Of a DNA stretch of 64,000 nucleotides, positions 10,251 to 20,302 are shown piece by piece (within the stretch, counting starts at the first letter, position 1; each line of letters begins with the position of its first letter). The notes under the pieces are model-generated. The model made no database searches and was not told the DNA's origin. It worked only from the letters and a program-made list of their open reading frames with translations. The position numbers and the translations under genes were made by a program. Source of the DNA: Patescibacteria group bacterium (GTDB lineage Bacteria > Patescibacteriota > Microgenomatia > Levybacterales > UBA12049); the NCBI GenBank assembly GCA_026004395.1, contig BPJB01000001.1, positions 969,226-1,033,225 of the forward strand. The letters run 5' to 3'.

Positions 10251-13200
10251 TTAGTAATTGTTGACTACCGTCCACAAACTACCTCGTCCATATTTTCTCT
10301 CATGCATGACTCTTTGAATATAATCATAAAGTTCTTGTTGTAATTCATCGAGCTTACCTTCCTCGTAGGCTTTGAAGATGATATCAACAGCTTCTTCCCA
10401 TTCCCTATCTGTTAAGAAAGTCATATAACTACTGCCTTCTAGAACACGATCCATTCCCGGTGAACCTAGAGCACTTCCTTCTCCTTTTTGATCTCCCCAA
10501 AGATCATTCATTGTTGCTTCACCTCTTTTGATTTTTTTAATAATCTCCACTATATCCTCAGGTGTACGAGTAGGCAGACCCTCTAATCTCCAATCCTGAT
10601 TGAATTGATCAAGATTAATCAAAATGAAGGCACCAACACGATCAGGATCATTGTAGGCTCTCTTAAACTCTTCCCATGTCATGGTAGTTTGGGCATCATC
10701 TCCAATAATCCCATCTTTCTCCATACGAGCGCTGATGTTGTCACCATATCCATCAATAGTGATAATAGTCATACCATCAGCCATCTCCTCTACTGTTTTT
10801 TCAATGTCAATTCCTCTCTCAAAAGTAACAGTAGCTGTAGGTATTGCTGTCTCTGTGGGAGTAGGTGTATGTGTAGGAATTGGTGTCAAAGTGGCTGTTG
10901 GGGATGGTACCTCTGTGGGAGTTGTAGTAGCAGTAGTCGTTGGAGTAGGTGTTGCTGTCTCTGTTGGCTTTGCAGTTGCAGTGGCAGGAGGAGTTGCCGT
11001 CTCTGTGGGATTTGGGGTAGAAGTCGCTCTTGGAGTATATATAGGAGTTGGCTCAATAGTAGGAGTATTTTTAGCCTCTGCTGTTTCAGAAATAACCATA
11101 CCTGCTGTTGGTGAGACGACTTCTCCTGTTGGTGATGCAGCTACACCACTTGGGCGCTGGGTTGCTAATCGAGTAGCTGTAGATTTAGGTATGGGTGTTT
11201 GTTGCTCTTTTATATCATCATGATCACCAGTAACTATTCTCAAAAGATTAAATCCAACAATCAGAGGAGGCAACCAACCTATTTCTGCAGGATGCCAATT
11301 TTTAATCCTTTCTAGCAAAGTTCGTCTGGATTCTGAAATAACCTGCGAAGAAGTTGACTGATTACCTTGATCCAAGGGTAACGGAATATCTCCAGCTGGC
11401 AGTGCATCAATTATTTTTATTTCACCAGTATCAAGAGGAATTGGTATAGGACCAGATGTCAATGCCTCAGTTATCTTACCGGGAGCAAGAGAAAATGGTA
11501 TATCACCAGCTGGCAATGCCTGTGGTCTGTGAGATGATGTTAGTTTTTCTTCTGCAATCTTCTGAGTAGATTCCCCACCTAAAACATCTGCAGAAGGTAG
11601 TTGCGAAGTTCCAGATGATGCTCCACTTGTCCAATCAAAAAATCCACGCCCTTTATCAGGTAATCTATCTATACTTCCGATATCCCACCTGCCTGCACTT
11701 TGGGGTCCTCTATCATCTTGTTGAGTTTGAGGCACTGCTGGCTGAGGTGTAGTTATTTCCTGCTGATTATATTCTTCATAATCTTTGCCCATTTCACTGT
11801 CATCGCCAAATCTGCTTGTTATTTTTACAAACTTATTCCTCCTAAACTTCCTCAATCTATCAGTAGCACGATCAAAGATTAAACTGGGTGGCTGACCTGT
11901 TATGGCTGATACCAAAACTCCTCCTGCATCTTTGACATCTTGGGCTTTGTCAGATATCTTTTTTGCTATTCTTTTTTTTCTGCTTCCTGAAGTAAATGCT
12001 CCTTCTTTTTCCGGCACCACTTCTGAGAAAACTTCATCAGAGAAGGAATCCTCTATATTTGATGCTGTTTGGTGTGATCTAACCTCCTCTTTATTAATAT
12101 GAGTTGACTCAGCTGATGTATCCTGAATTCGTCGTTTTTTGGGTCTCTCACGATACAAAACCAACTCTTTTCTCTGATCTAATCTCGCAAGTGCTAATTC
12201 ATTGATTATTCTTACTCTTTGCTTTAAAGGACAAATGCTCAGATCAAAATCTTGTAAAGCAATCAGGCTGTCTTCCGCTAATCTGAGTTTGACTGCCTCA
12301 TCTTGTACAAGCAGATTGTAAAGCTGTTCATTCTTGCGCCTGTTTCCTCTCTCCCAGAAAGATTTACTTGCATCGCCTAGAATCTTTCTTCGTGATTCTA
12401 AAGTAGATATTCGTTGTTTAAGTTCCTCAAGAGTGCTAAGATCTTCAACACCAGCTTTACCTTGTGCAATATCTAAATCCAGCGTATCTATTGCCTCCTG
12501 AACGGTTCGGATTCGATTATTTAGAAAATTTAATATTCCATCAGTTGGCATTGATCTTCTTACACGATAAATCTCTACATTACTCTCTGGTTTATCCAAT
12601 GATGAGGGTATGAAATATTTTTCCTCTCTGCCTTTTATACCTTTACGCGTCACAAATGGACGCGTTTGCAGATAATCATCCAAAAGACGCAAAGTATCTG
12701 GTGAAAGATTATTGAGAAGCTGATGGTCTTCTGCAGTAAGAGTGTTCCTACGTATAAAAGCTATATCTTTTTGAATCGCAGCCTCCTCCTTCAGAGCTTG
12801 TTTAATGAGATTTCTTCCTTGTTCCTCCGGAAGAACTGCCGCATCTTGATAAGCTTGCTGAATTACTTTATTGGCAGCATCTTGTATCTCTTGATAAAAC
12901 TGTTCAGGATTTTCTCGAATGTACTCTGGGTTTATCTGATCCAAATTAAGATTTACTCTTTTAACCAGATCAATTAATCTTCTTTGTGCTTCAAAGCGTC
13001 GCAATGCTTTTCTTGCTCTTGCTTCTCGCTGTTTGGCTGTGCCACCAAAATGATCTGCAAGGTGTGTAAGAATCTGCAGTTGCATCTCATCAAGTGTGTC
13101 TTTGACGACACAGACAAGCTCAGAATTTTTTTCTTTCGCTGTTTTTTGCTCTATATCTTTATCGCCATTAGTCAGATCTCCTCCGAGTTTTTCACTTATT

Positions 13201-13343
13201 TCCTCACTAAATTTACCTGATGGATAATCAGCTGAAGAATAACTCTGTTCTGTACTAAAACCTGAGCTATTCGAATTACTGTTCTCTTGATCTTCTGAGA
13301 ACACAGAATTCATTTCTTGATTGATTTCTATATTTCTCCCCAT
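10251..13343 (-). CDS. Large hypothetical protein (helical N-terminus, internal repeats, probable TM, Pro/Thr linker)
   Basis: 1030-aa ORF with ALPAGDIP repeats, WLPPLIVGFNLLRIV segment and a long PT-rich tract. Confidence 0.8.
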   Translation of the reverse strand: MGRNIEINQEMNSVFSEDQENSNSNSSGFSTEQSYSSADYPSGKFSEEISEKLGGDLTNGDKDIEQKTAKEKNSELVCVVKDTLDEMQLQILTHLADHFGGTAKQREARARKALRRFEAQRRLIDLVKRVNLNLDQINPEYIRENPEQFYQEIQDAANKVIQQAYQDAAVLPEEQGRNLIKQALKEEAAIQKDIAFIRRNTLTAEDHQLLNNLSPDTLRLLDDYLQTRPFVTRKGIKGREEKYFIPSSLDKPESNVEIYRVRRSMPTDGILNFLNNRIRTVQEAIDTLDLDIAQGKAGVEDLSTLEELKQRISTLESRRKILGDASKSFWERGNRRKNEQLYNLLVQDEAVKLRLAEDSLIALQDFDLSICPLKQRVRIINELALARLDQRKELVLYRERPKKRRIQDTSAESTHINKEEVRSHQTASNIEDSFSDEVFSEVVPEKEGAFTSGSRKKRIAKKISDKAQDVKDAGGVLVSAITGQPPSLIFDRATDRLRKFRRNKFVKITSRFGDDSEMGKDYEEYNQQEITTPQPAVPQTQQDDRGPQSAGRWDIGSIDRLPDKGRGFFDWTSGASSGTSQLPSADVLGGESTQKIAEEKLTSSHRPQALPAGDIPFSLAPGKITEALTSGPIPIPLDTGEIKIIDALPAGDIPLPLDQGNQSTSSQVISESRRTLLERIKNWHPAEIGWLPPLIVGFNLLRIVTGDHDDIKEQQTPIPKSTATRLATQRPSGVAASPTGEVVSPTAGMVISETAEAKNTPTIEPTPIYTPRATSTPNPTETATPPATATAKPTETATPTPTTTATTTPTEVPSPTATLTPIPTHTPTPTETAIPTATVTFERGIDIEKTVEEMADGMTIITIDGYGDNISARMEKDGIIGDDAQTTMTWEEFKRAYNDPDRVGAFILINLDQFNQDWRLEGLPTRTPEDIVEIIKKIKRGEATMNDLWGDQKGEGSALGSPGMDRVLEGSSYMTFLTDREWEEAVDIIFKAYEEGKLDELQQELYDYIQRVMHERKYGRGSLWTVVNNY

Positions 13344-13621
13344 AGCATATAGTATTATATCCTATAATATGTAAATTGGCAAATTTTATACCATTGGGGA
13401 AATAATTATTATCGTATGAAATAATATAGATATGTTGAATCACTTATACTTATACTCAGTATTTACCAATAGTATCTGCTATCTATGGAAAAAGATTATT
13501 TTAAGCAATATCAGAAAAAGAGTAATTTTTATAGTTGTTTTTATATTTATTACTTTAATTATAAATAATATTTCTTTTACAGTTTTTGGAGAAATTTAGC
13601 TGTTTAACTCCTAATCTGTTG

Positions 13622-13692
13622 TGGACTCGAGCGGAATCGAACCGCCTACTCTTCCATGCCATGGAAGCGTGTTACCGGTATACCACGAGCCC
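13622..13692 (-). tRNA. tRNA-Ala(GGC)
   Basis: Cloverleaf GGGCTCG..CGAGTCCA with G3:U70; anticodon arm CTTCC-ATGGCAT-GGAAG (A32/U38); GTTCGA T-loop; CCA not encoded. Confidence 0.95.
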
Positions 13693-13848
13693 TAACAAGT
13701 GTTATCAATTTTATAATATTTACAATAATAATAAAAGTTAGCGAAATTAATTGCTTTTAATTAGTTGCAAGGCTGTAAACTGAAACGTTATAGAACTTAG
13801 AATGATTCCCTAAACTTTAAGTTATAATATAACAATCAATATCTTTTT

Positions 13849-13921
13849 GGGCTCGTAGCTTAGCTGGTAGAGCGCAGCATTCGCATTGCTGAGGTCGGGA
13901 GTTCAAATCTCCTCGAGTCCA
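13849..13921 (+). tRNA. tRNA-Ala(CGC)
   Basis: GGGCTCGTAGCTTAGCTGGTAGAGC, anticodon arm CAGCA-TTCGCAT-TGCTG, G3:U70; CCA not encoded. Confidence 0.95.
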
Positions 13922-13924
13922 CAA

Positions 13925-14893
13925 TTACTTAGACTTTTTGAGATTATCGAACTCTCTATAAACCAGTGCTGAAACCTCCTTAATACTTTGTGACATTTCT
14001 GCGAAATCATCTCCTCGAGACATTATACACAGTAAATACGGGTTATTCGGATAATAAACTATCCCACAATCATGGAGTTGTTTTTGCCCTTGAAAATTTC
14101 TCTCCCCAAATTTATTAGCAACACGTATATTAGATGGAACTCCTGCACGAATGCCTTTATCAAAATCAACTTCACTCAGAAGCTCCAATGCTTTTTGCGA
14201 GTATTCCCTTGAAAGATAAGAAGCGTTATACAAAATACGGAAAAAAGATGCATACTCTCTTACTGTCATATAATCCTCAAGACCTTTGACTCCGGGAATA
14301 GATAATCCTAAGTCCTTATAGACTTTATCTTGAATAGATAAGGGCAGGTTTTCTACAAGAATAGCCATTGCATCATTATCAGAATAAACAATCATACGCC
14401 TTATAAGTTCGTTAATCGTATATTCTTTCCCTTTTTCAATGGCATTACTAGGCTTAATGTTTTCATTAGCATTTAAATTAGTATTACCAGTATAAACAAC
14501 CTTTTTGTTGAGTATTGCAGGATTACTTTCAGCTGTAGAATAATATGCGATCATCACAGGAATCTTAAGAAGACTTGCGGGTGAAAACTCTTTATTCTCA
14601 TCAATCCCTATCCATGGACCATTATTTAAATCTCGAAGGTAGATAGACATTTCAGAAATATTATGTTTTTGTTTCATCTGATTCACCATCTCCTCAAGCT
14701 TGTATTGAATAGTGATAAGTTCTTTTTTTCTTTGTTGAGATTCTATCTCACATTCCAAAAGTGGATTGATCAAAGAGTATCCTCCTTGGCGTATTTGTCG
14801 TGGAGAATCTTGTGATCTAGAATTAAGATTTGCAAGCAATATTCCACTCAACATTCCCAAGACAAAAAAAACTAGCAAAACAACATTCTTCAT
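13925..14893 (-). CDS. Serine hydrolase, class A beta-lactamase-like family
   Basis: N-terminal TM helix; SxxK (ASLLK), SDN and KxG (NKFG) motifs. Confidence 0.85.
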   Translation of the reverse strand: MKNVVLLVFFVLGMLSGILLANLNSRSQDSPRQIRQGGYSLINPLLECEIESQQRKKELITIQYKLEEMVNQMKQKHNISEMSIYLRDLNNGPWIGIDENKEFSPASLLKIPVMIAYYSTAESNPAILNKKVVYTGNTNLNANENIKPSNAIEKGKEYTINELIRRMIVYSDNDAMAILVENLPLSIQDKVYKDLGLSIPGVKGLEDYMTVREYASFFRILYNASYLSREYSQKALELLSEVDFDKGIRAGVPSNIRVANKFGERNFQGQKQLHDCGIVYYPNNPYLLCIMSRGDDFAEMSQSIKEVSALVYREFDNLKKSK

Positions 14894-15055
14894 ATGTTTT
14901 AGATATATTATTACTACATATTTTCCCCTATCATTGCAAGAGGCTGTTTCTGGTTAGGGTCTAACGTAAGACTGTCATCTGAAGAACTTCAAAAACTCTC
15001 ATTACAACGTCCTTTAAACTTATATTTTCTCTATTTCTTTTGACTTTTTCCAAAC

Positions 15056-15166
15056 TTGTCATTTCGACGAGCTAAGCAAGGAGAAATCCCGTCTGGCTCT
15101 TTCTTAGTGGTGAGGGGGATCTCTCGCTACGCTCGAGATGACAAAGAAAAAAACCGAGATGACAAA
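15056..15166. repeat. REP-like palindromic element (GTCAT..ATGAC ends) with duplicated right end
   Basis: TTGTCATTTCGA..GAGAAATCCC..GGGATCTCTC..TCGAGATGACAA, then a second CGAGATGACAAA at 15155-15166. Confidence 0.7.
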
Positions 15167-15217
15167 ATCTTAACTGAATCATTAACGTGTACTACCTATT
15201 ATCAAAGCGTTAAACTC

Positions 15218-16375
15218 TTACCGAAGGTAAATCAGTGGATTAACGAGTATGCCATTTTTCCTGACCTCAAAATGAAGATGCGGACCTGTTGATCGACCTG
15301 TATTTCCGCTGGTACCAAGAACAGTCTGACCACCAGTAACACTTTGACCTACAGAGACATTTATTGTATTCATATGTGCATAATGTGTCTCTGTTCCTTG
15401 TCCATCACTAATCCATACATTAGTCCCATATCCTCCGTCCCAGCTGCCTATACTCACCTGTGTGACTGTACCACTATGTGCAGCAACAACAGGAGTGCCA
15501 ACAGGAGCTGTGATATCTATTGCCATATGATACCAAGAGGCATACTGAGAAATCCCGGTATTGTTAGGTAGTGGGAAAAAGAATGCACCAGCTGAGATAG
15601 CAGGTGCTGGCCCTTGAGCAAAGAATGTGCGCTGTTGCTGTTTGATAACATTGCGTTGACTCTGTGAGATATCTGGTTTAATACCATCAGGCACAATCAA
15701 CATTTGCCCCTCAACCAGCGCAAATGTCTCAGGATTGGCAAATTCATTGAAAGGGAAATCAACGATTTTCTGTGGATTGGTATCGTACTTCTTAGCAATC
15801 GAATAAACAGTATCTCCTTTCTGAACTTTATGCACTATTCCCGAAACAGGCAGAATCTTCAACTCATCTCCAACATTCAAATTGTCTGATGAAAGATCAT
15901 TAGCCCAACGAATCGTCTCTGTTGATATGCTAAACTTTTCTGCTATGGATGAAAGTGTATCTCCTTTCTGAACAGTATAAATTATCACTCTGTCACGAGG
16001 CTTTTGTGATCTCTTTGTCTCAAAAACATCCTCACCGACAACAATTGACTCCTGTTCGCGATTTTCAGCACTAGCAAGATTGACATTGACAACTGATGAG
16101 GGAAAAAGAGGATAAGTATCAGCAAGATAAGGTGCTATGAGAACCCCCGCACCCAAAACAGACATAGTTGTAAGATGCAAAAAAGGCCGATTGTAGCGGC
16201 CGCGTTTTATTATAAATAACTTGACTAAACGATTTTTATTCTTTTCAAAAGTAATTGAGGCAAAAATAATTTTGCGTTTGAGATAATAAAAAAAGAAGAA
16301 ATCAACAAACTCCAAACAGTGCGAACGCGCTATTTTATACCAGGCAGGGATACGCTCTAGTCGTAATCGCTTCAT
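15218..16375 (-). CDS. LysM-containing M23 family peptidoglycan endopeptidase
   Basis: Two LysM repeats (YTVQKGDTLSSIA, HKVQKGDTVYSIA); HxxxD and HxH motifs (HMAID, STGPHLHFE). Confidence 0.92.
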   Translation of the reverse strand: MKRLRLERIPAWYKIARSHCLEFVDFFFFYYLKRKIIFASITFEKNKNRLVKLFIIKRGRYNRPFLHLTTMSVLGAGVLIAPYLADTYPLFPSSVVNVNLASAENREQESIVVGEDVFETKRSQKPRDRVIIYTVQKGDTLSSIAEKFSISTETIRWANDLSSDNLNVGDELKILPVSGIVHKVQKGDTVYSIAKKYDTNPQKIVDFPFNEFANPETFALVEGQMLIVPDGIKPDISQSQRNVIKQQQRTFFAQGPAPAISAGAFFFPLPNNTGISQYASWYHMAIDITAPVGTPVVAAHSGTVTQVSIGSWDGGYGTNVWISDGQGTETHYAHMNTINVSVGQSVTGGQTVLGTSGNTGRSTGPHLHFEVRKNGILVNPLIYLR

Positions 16376-16427
16376 ACACAAGGTAAATTTAAGACTAACA
16401 GAATTTAACTAAACAGTCAAATTTATT

Positions 16428-17864
16428 CTATTTTTCTTTGCCAAGATTTTCTAAAAATTCTTCATTAGTTTCAGTCTTACTCAACTGATCAATCAATATG
16501 GCTGTGCGTTCTTCGGGGCTAAGCATATCCATCATGCGGCGCATAGTGACAATTTTTTTATAATATTTTTCCGGAAGGATGAGTTCTTCCTGACGTGTTC
16601 CCGAACGCTCAATATTGATAGCTGGAAAGATTCTTCGCTCAGCAAGACGACGATCCAGATGAAGTTCCATATTTCCTGTTCCTTTGAACTCCTCATAAAC
16701 TAAATCATCAAGACGTGATCCTGTATCAATAAGTGCTGTTCCAATAATAGTTAGTGAACCTCCTTCAGCACAGTTGCGAGCTGCACCAAAAAACCGTTTG
16801 GCAGGCCAGAGAGCTGCAGGATCAAATCCTCCTGTCAAAGTTCTACCGGAGGGCGCAACTGAGAGATTATACGCTCGTGCAAGACGAGTTATAGAATCAA
16901 GAAGTACGACAACATCCCTACCCTCCTCCACCAATCTTTTAGCTCGCTCTAGAGTGATCTCAGCAACTCGTGTCTGATGCTCGGGAGGCTCATCAAAGTT
17001 ACTAGCAACCACCTCTCCTTTTACAGACATAGTTATATCGGTTACTTCTTCAGGGCGCTCACCAATAAGCGCTGCCATTAGATGCACCTTGGGGTAGTTT
17101 TTAGCAATACCGGCAGCAATCTCCTTAAGAATAGTTGTTTTTCCAGCTTTGGGAGGAGAGACGATCATTCCCCGCTGACCAAATCCAATAGGAGCAATTA
17201 AATCAATAATACGAGTTGAAAGAGGGACTTTACCTGTCTCTAAAACAATTTGTTTTTTAGGATAAATAGGTGTTAAATCCTCAAACCAAGGCCTATTTAG
17301 CGACTCCTCAGGCGGTTTGCCATTGACTTTCTCCACCTTCAAGAGACCGTAATAGCGTTCATTGTCTTTAGGAGGCCTGGCTATACCCTCAACCTGATCT
17401 CCTGGTCGAAGAGAGAAACGTCTAATCTGAGATTGGGAAATGTAGATATCACGATTGGAGGGAACAAATTTGGGCCGTAAAAAACCATGACCCTCTGGTT
17501 GAATATCCAGAATACCAACAACTTTTTCAGTAGGAACGCTTTGAATCTGCTGTTGATATTGTCCATCATTTCTATAGCCTTTGTACTCTAAACCTTCTTC
17601 AGAGCTTGTACCTACTGATCCTTGTTGCAGAGGATCATATCTAAAATCATCTTCGCTTGATCCTTTAGATGATGTTTTGCGAAGATTTCTCTCATTTCTC
17701 AAGGGGATACCCACAAAATCTTCAACAGAAAGAGATGTCGCGTTCTCTGTTTGATCCTTGTAGCTTTCTTTCTCTTTTTTCACCTTGATCTCATCTGAAC
17801 CAACATCTAAGTCCTGAGATTGTGTGTGATCTGATTTTGAAATTGAAGATTTGCGATATGGCAT
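16428..17864 (-). CDS. rho: Transcription termination factor Rho
   Basis: GHGFLR..DIYISQSQIRRF RNA-binding domain, PPKAGKT Walker A, LLDSITRLARAYN, EEFKGTGNMEL. ATG at 17864. Confidence 0.97.
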   Translation of the reverse strand: MPYRKSSISKSDHTQSQDLDVGSDEIKVKKEKESYKDQTENATSLSVEDFVGIPLRNERNLRKTSSKGSSEDDFRYDPLQQGSVGTSSEEGLEYKGYRNDGQYQQQIQSVPTEKVVGILDIQPEGHGFLRPKFVPSNRDIYISQSQIRRFSLRPGDQVEGIARPPKDNERYYGLLKVEKVNGKPPEESLNRPWFEDLTPIYPKKQIVLETGKVPLSTRIIDLIAPIGFGQRGMIVSPPKAGKTTILKEIAAGIAKNYPKVHLMAALIGERPEEVTDITMSVKGEVVASNFDEPPEHQTRVAEITLERAKRLVEEGRDVVVLLDSITRLARAYNLSVAPSGRTLTGGFDPAALWPAKRFFGAARNCAEGGSLTIIGTALIDTGSRLDDLVYEEFKGTGNMELHLDRRLAERRIFPAINIERSGTRQEELILPEKYYKKIVTMRRMMDMLSPEERTAILIDQLSKTETNEEFLENLGKEK

Positions 17865-18138
17865 AAAGATTATGTAGTAATTCTCACTTCTAACTTCTAA
17901 CAAACAAAGGTGAGATACTTTGAAAAATACCTAAAAGTTGCTTGTTAGACGAAAGTAGTAAGATAATTTTTGGAAATATGTCTTGCAGGAAGATCTGAAA
18001 AGACAAGTGTATTATACACCATACCCTAAGAGTTTTGTCAAGGAAGAAAATTTATAGTTAAATATGTACATCCTCTACTTTTATTCATCTAATTGACTTT
18101 CTCAATTATGATTGGTATTCTTCTGAACATATTATTTT

Positions 18139-18903
18139 ATGAAACATCTCTACAGCTTTATCTTGATTGGCGCATTTTTTTTATTGCCTGGTGACGTTCA
18201 TGCACAAACGCGTGATGAGATTCTTAGCTCTTGTTTTCCTCTTTTCGGAGGAGGGCAAACTTTTTGCCAACAAAGTAAAGATATTCTCATTGATAAAAAA
18301 CTGCTCTCCCCTGCAAAACAATTAAGCTTAAATGAAAATGCTTCTGATAGCGATTTTGTTGACAATGTAACACCTGATGGGACAGTCTATCTGCCAAATC
18401 AGCTTACTGCAGTTAGACTTTTTATCACCAATACCTCCAATCGTGAACTAAAAGATATCAAAGTTGAGGACTTACTACCTTTGCAGTATATTAACTTTGT
18501 AAAAAGTGATGGGCAGTATGATCCTAAAACCAAGACTGTAAAAGCAACAATTCAAAGCTTAAAACCAAAAGAAACGAAAACTCTTACTATTCTGCTTCAA
18601 ACAGTGCAAGCAGATCAACTTCCTCAAGAAGTCAATGCACTCTGTGTTGTCAATCAAGCTAGAGTAAATGTAGGCAGAGAACAAAGTCAAGACAATTCCC
18701 AGCTGTGTATCCAACCTCAAATACGCCAACAAGCCCCTGCATCACAACCCCCATCACAACCCCCAACAACCAAGGGAGGATTACCGCTCTACACACCTTC
18801 CCAACCACAAAAAACACCAAATACAGGAGCATCTTTAATAACTCTTGTTAGCCTTCTAACTTCTACTCTTGCCGGATTTTTACTGCGAAAAAAAATTAAA
18901 TGA
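18139..18903 (+). CDS. DUF11-like surface protein with TPNTG sorting signal (paralog of 2714-3400)
   Basis: Signal peptide, ITNTSNRELKDIKVEDLLP, CVVNQA..SQLCI, TKGGL..TPNTG plus TM helix and RKKIK. Confidence 0.8.
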   Translation: MKHLYSFILIGAFFLLPGDVHAQTRDEILSSCFPLFGGGQTFCQQSKDILIDKKLLSPAKQLSLNENASDSDFVDNVTPDGTVYLPNQLTAVRLFITNTSNRELKDIKVEDLLPLQYINFVKSDGQYDPKTKTVKATIQSLKPKETKTLTILLQTVQADQLPQEVNALCVVNQARVNVGREQSQDNSQLCIQPQIRQQAPASQPPSQPPTTKGGLPLYTPSQPQKTPNTGASLITLVSLLTSTLAGFLLRKKIK

Positions 18904-19118
18904 AGTATACCAAGCTCGACTCCGACTCTATTCTTAAGATTCAACAAAAAAATAACTTCTAATCCCCACCAAGTATACAGGTATACCTGTATACTTTGCA
19001 TAACAATTAGAGGGTTTTCTCCTCTAACTTGACAAAAATTAATCATGTATGATATTGTTTATTGCTTTTTATTCACAATAATCTACCTGCCAATACATCC
19101 TACTGCCTAAAAATCTTT

Positions 19119-19898
19119 ATGCAAATCTCCCAAACACTAGTTTCGATCTTGCTTCCTGTCCGCAATAATGAAGACACACTATCTCTCTGCCTTGAAAGTC
19201 TTTTATCGCAAACCTACAAAGATCTTGAGATTATAGCTATAGATGATAACTCCTCAGATGACTCATTTGCTATTTTGCGCCGCTATCGCAGAATAGATAA
19301 GCGTCTTCACATTTATCGCAACGTTAAATATTATGGCCTATCCGTTACCTTAAATCGCGCCGTTAAAAAAGCACGCGGCAGATATATTGCCTTTATGAAT
19401 CCAAAAGATATGTCCACAACTGATAGACTTAAACGACAAGTAAACTTTCTTGAGCGCAATCCAAAAGTTGCCGCAGTTGGAACGCAGGCAAGTTTTGTTA
19501 CTAGTAAAGGTAAAAAATGGGGCAAGAGCAACTTCCCTACAGACCAGCATGACATTAGTAGATTTTTTCTTCATACTGACACACTGCAACTGGAAAGCAT
19601 AATGATTAATCGTTATCTTCTTCCTAAGGATCTTATCACCTTTGAAAAGCAAAAGTATCCCATTATTTATAAATCACTTCTGGCAAAAGTAATGCAGTAC
19701 GGTATGATTGCCAACTTAAATCAGTATCTATATATCCGAACAAAAGAAGAAAAACACAACCTTGATGATATAACAAATAAAATTCTTCCTCATATTATCC
19801 TCTGGATCAAGGCTAGATTCATTTATGATGGAGAAACCAAGCCTACGTGGAACTCTCTTCTTTCTCCGCTGAATAATCGCATAAAATCCTCATTGTGA
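19119..19898 (+). CDS. Glycosyltransferase family 2
   Basis: VSILLPVRN..IIAIDDNSSDDS; the DxD position reads MNPKD (atypical). Confidence 0.88.
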   Translation: MQISQTLVSILLPVRNNEDTLSLCLESLLSQTYKDLEIIAIDDNSSDDSFAILRRYRRIDKRLHIYRNVKYYGLSVTLNRAVKKARGRYIAFMNPKDMSTTDRLKRQVNFLERNPKVAAVGTQASFVTSKGKKWGKSNFPTDQHDISRFFLHTDTLQLESIMINRYLLPKDLITFEKQKYPIIYKSLLAKVMQYGMIANLNQYLYIRTKEEKHNLDDITNKILPHIILWIKARFIYDGETKPTWNSLLSPLNNRIKSSL

Positions 19899-20271
19899 TT
19901 TGATAATTGAAACTAATACTTTTTACCTCAAAGAATACAGCTCACGATACAATTTCACAAAGTATCTTACTCTATTATTAGTTACAGCACTCTAGCATTT
20001 TTCTACATTTAAATAACATCTTTCCTAAAGTTGTTGGATCTTTTATATCCATGGACTCTTCAAATAATTCCTAGACAAGTACATCAAACGCATCTTTTAA
20101 GAAACCATTCTAAACTGGATAATCCTAGACGAAAATTAGTTAGCAAAAGAAAACAACGAATGCAGTTCTAAAGCGTTGACTTGTATCTTAGCACCGTGCC
20201 AAAACTTGTCTTACCACACAATAAATCATCCATTTGATTTAGCAAATCATCTTTTGTCATTCCTAAAAAAT

Positions 20272-20302
20272 TTATCCAAATATTATCCAAAAGTTATCCA
20301 CA
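20272..20302 (+). promoter_or_regulatory. Three tandem DnaA-box-like sites, 11-bp period
   Basis: TTATCCAAA (20272), TTATCCAAA (20283), TTATCCACA (20294, perfect consensus). Confidence 0.6.

Noticed and set aside
10605-11223. Cys-rich and Val/Gly-rich plus-strand ORFs
   Set aside because: Antisense shadows of the Pro/Thr repeat in 10251-13343.
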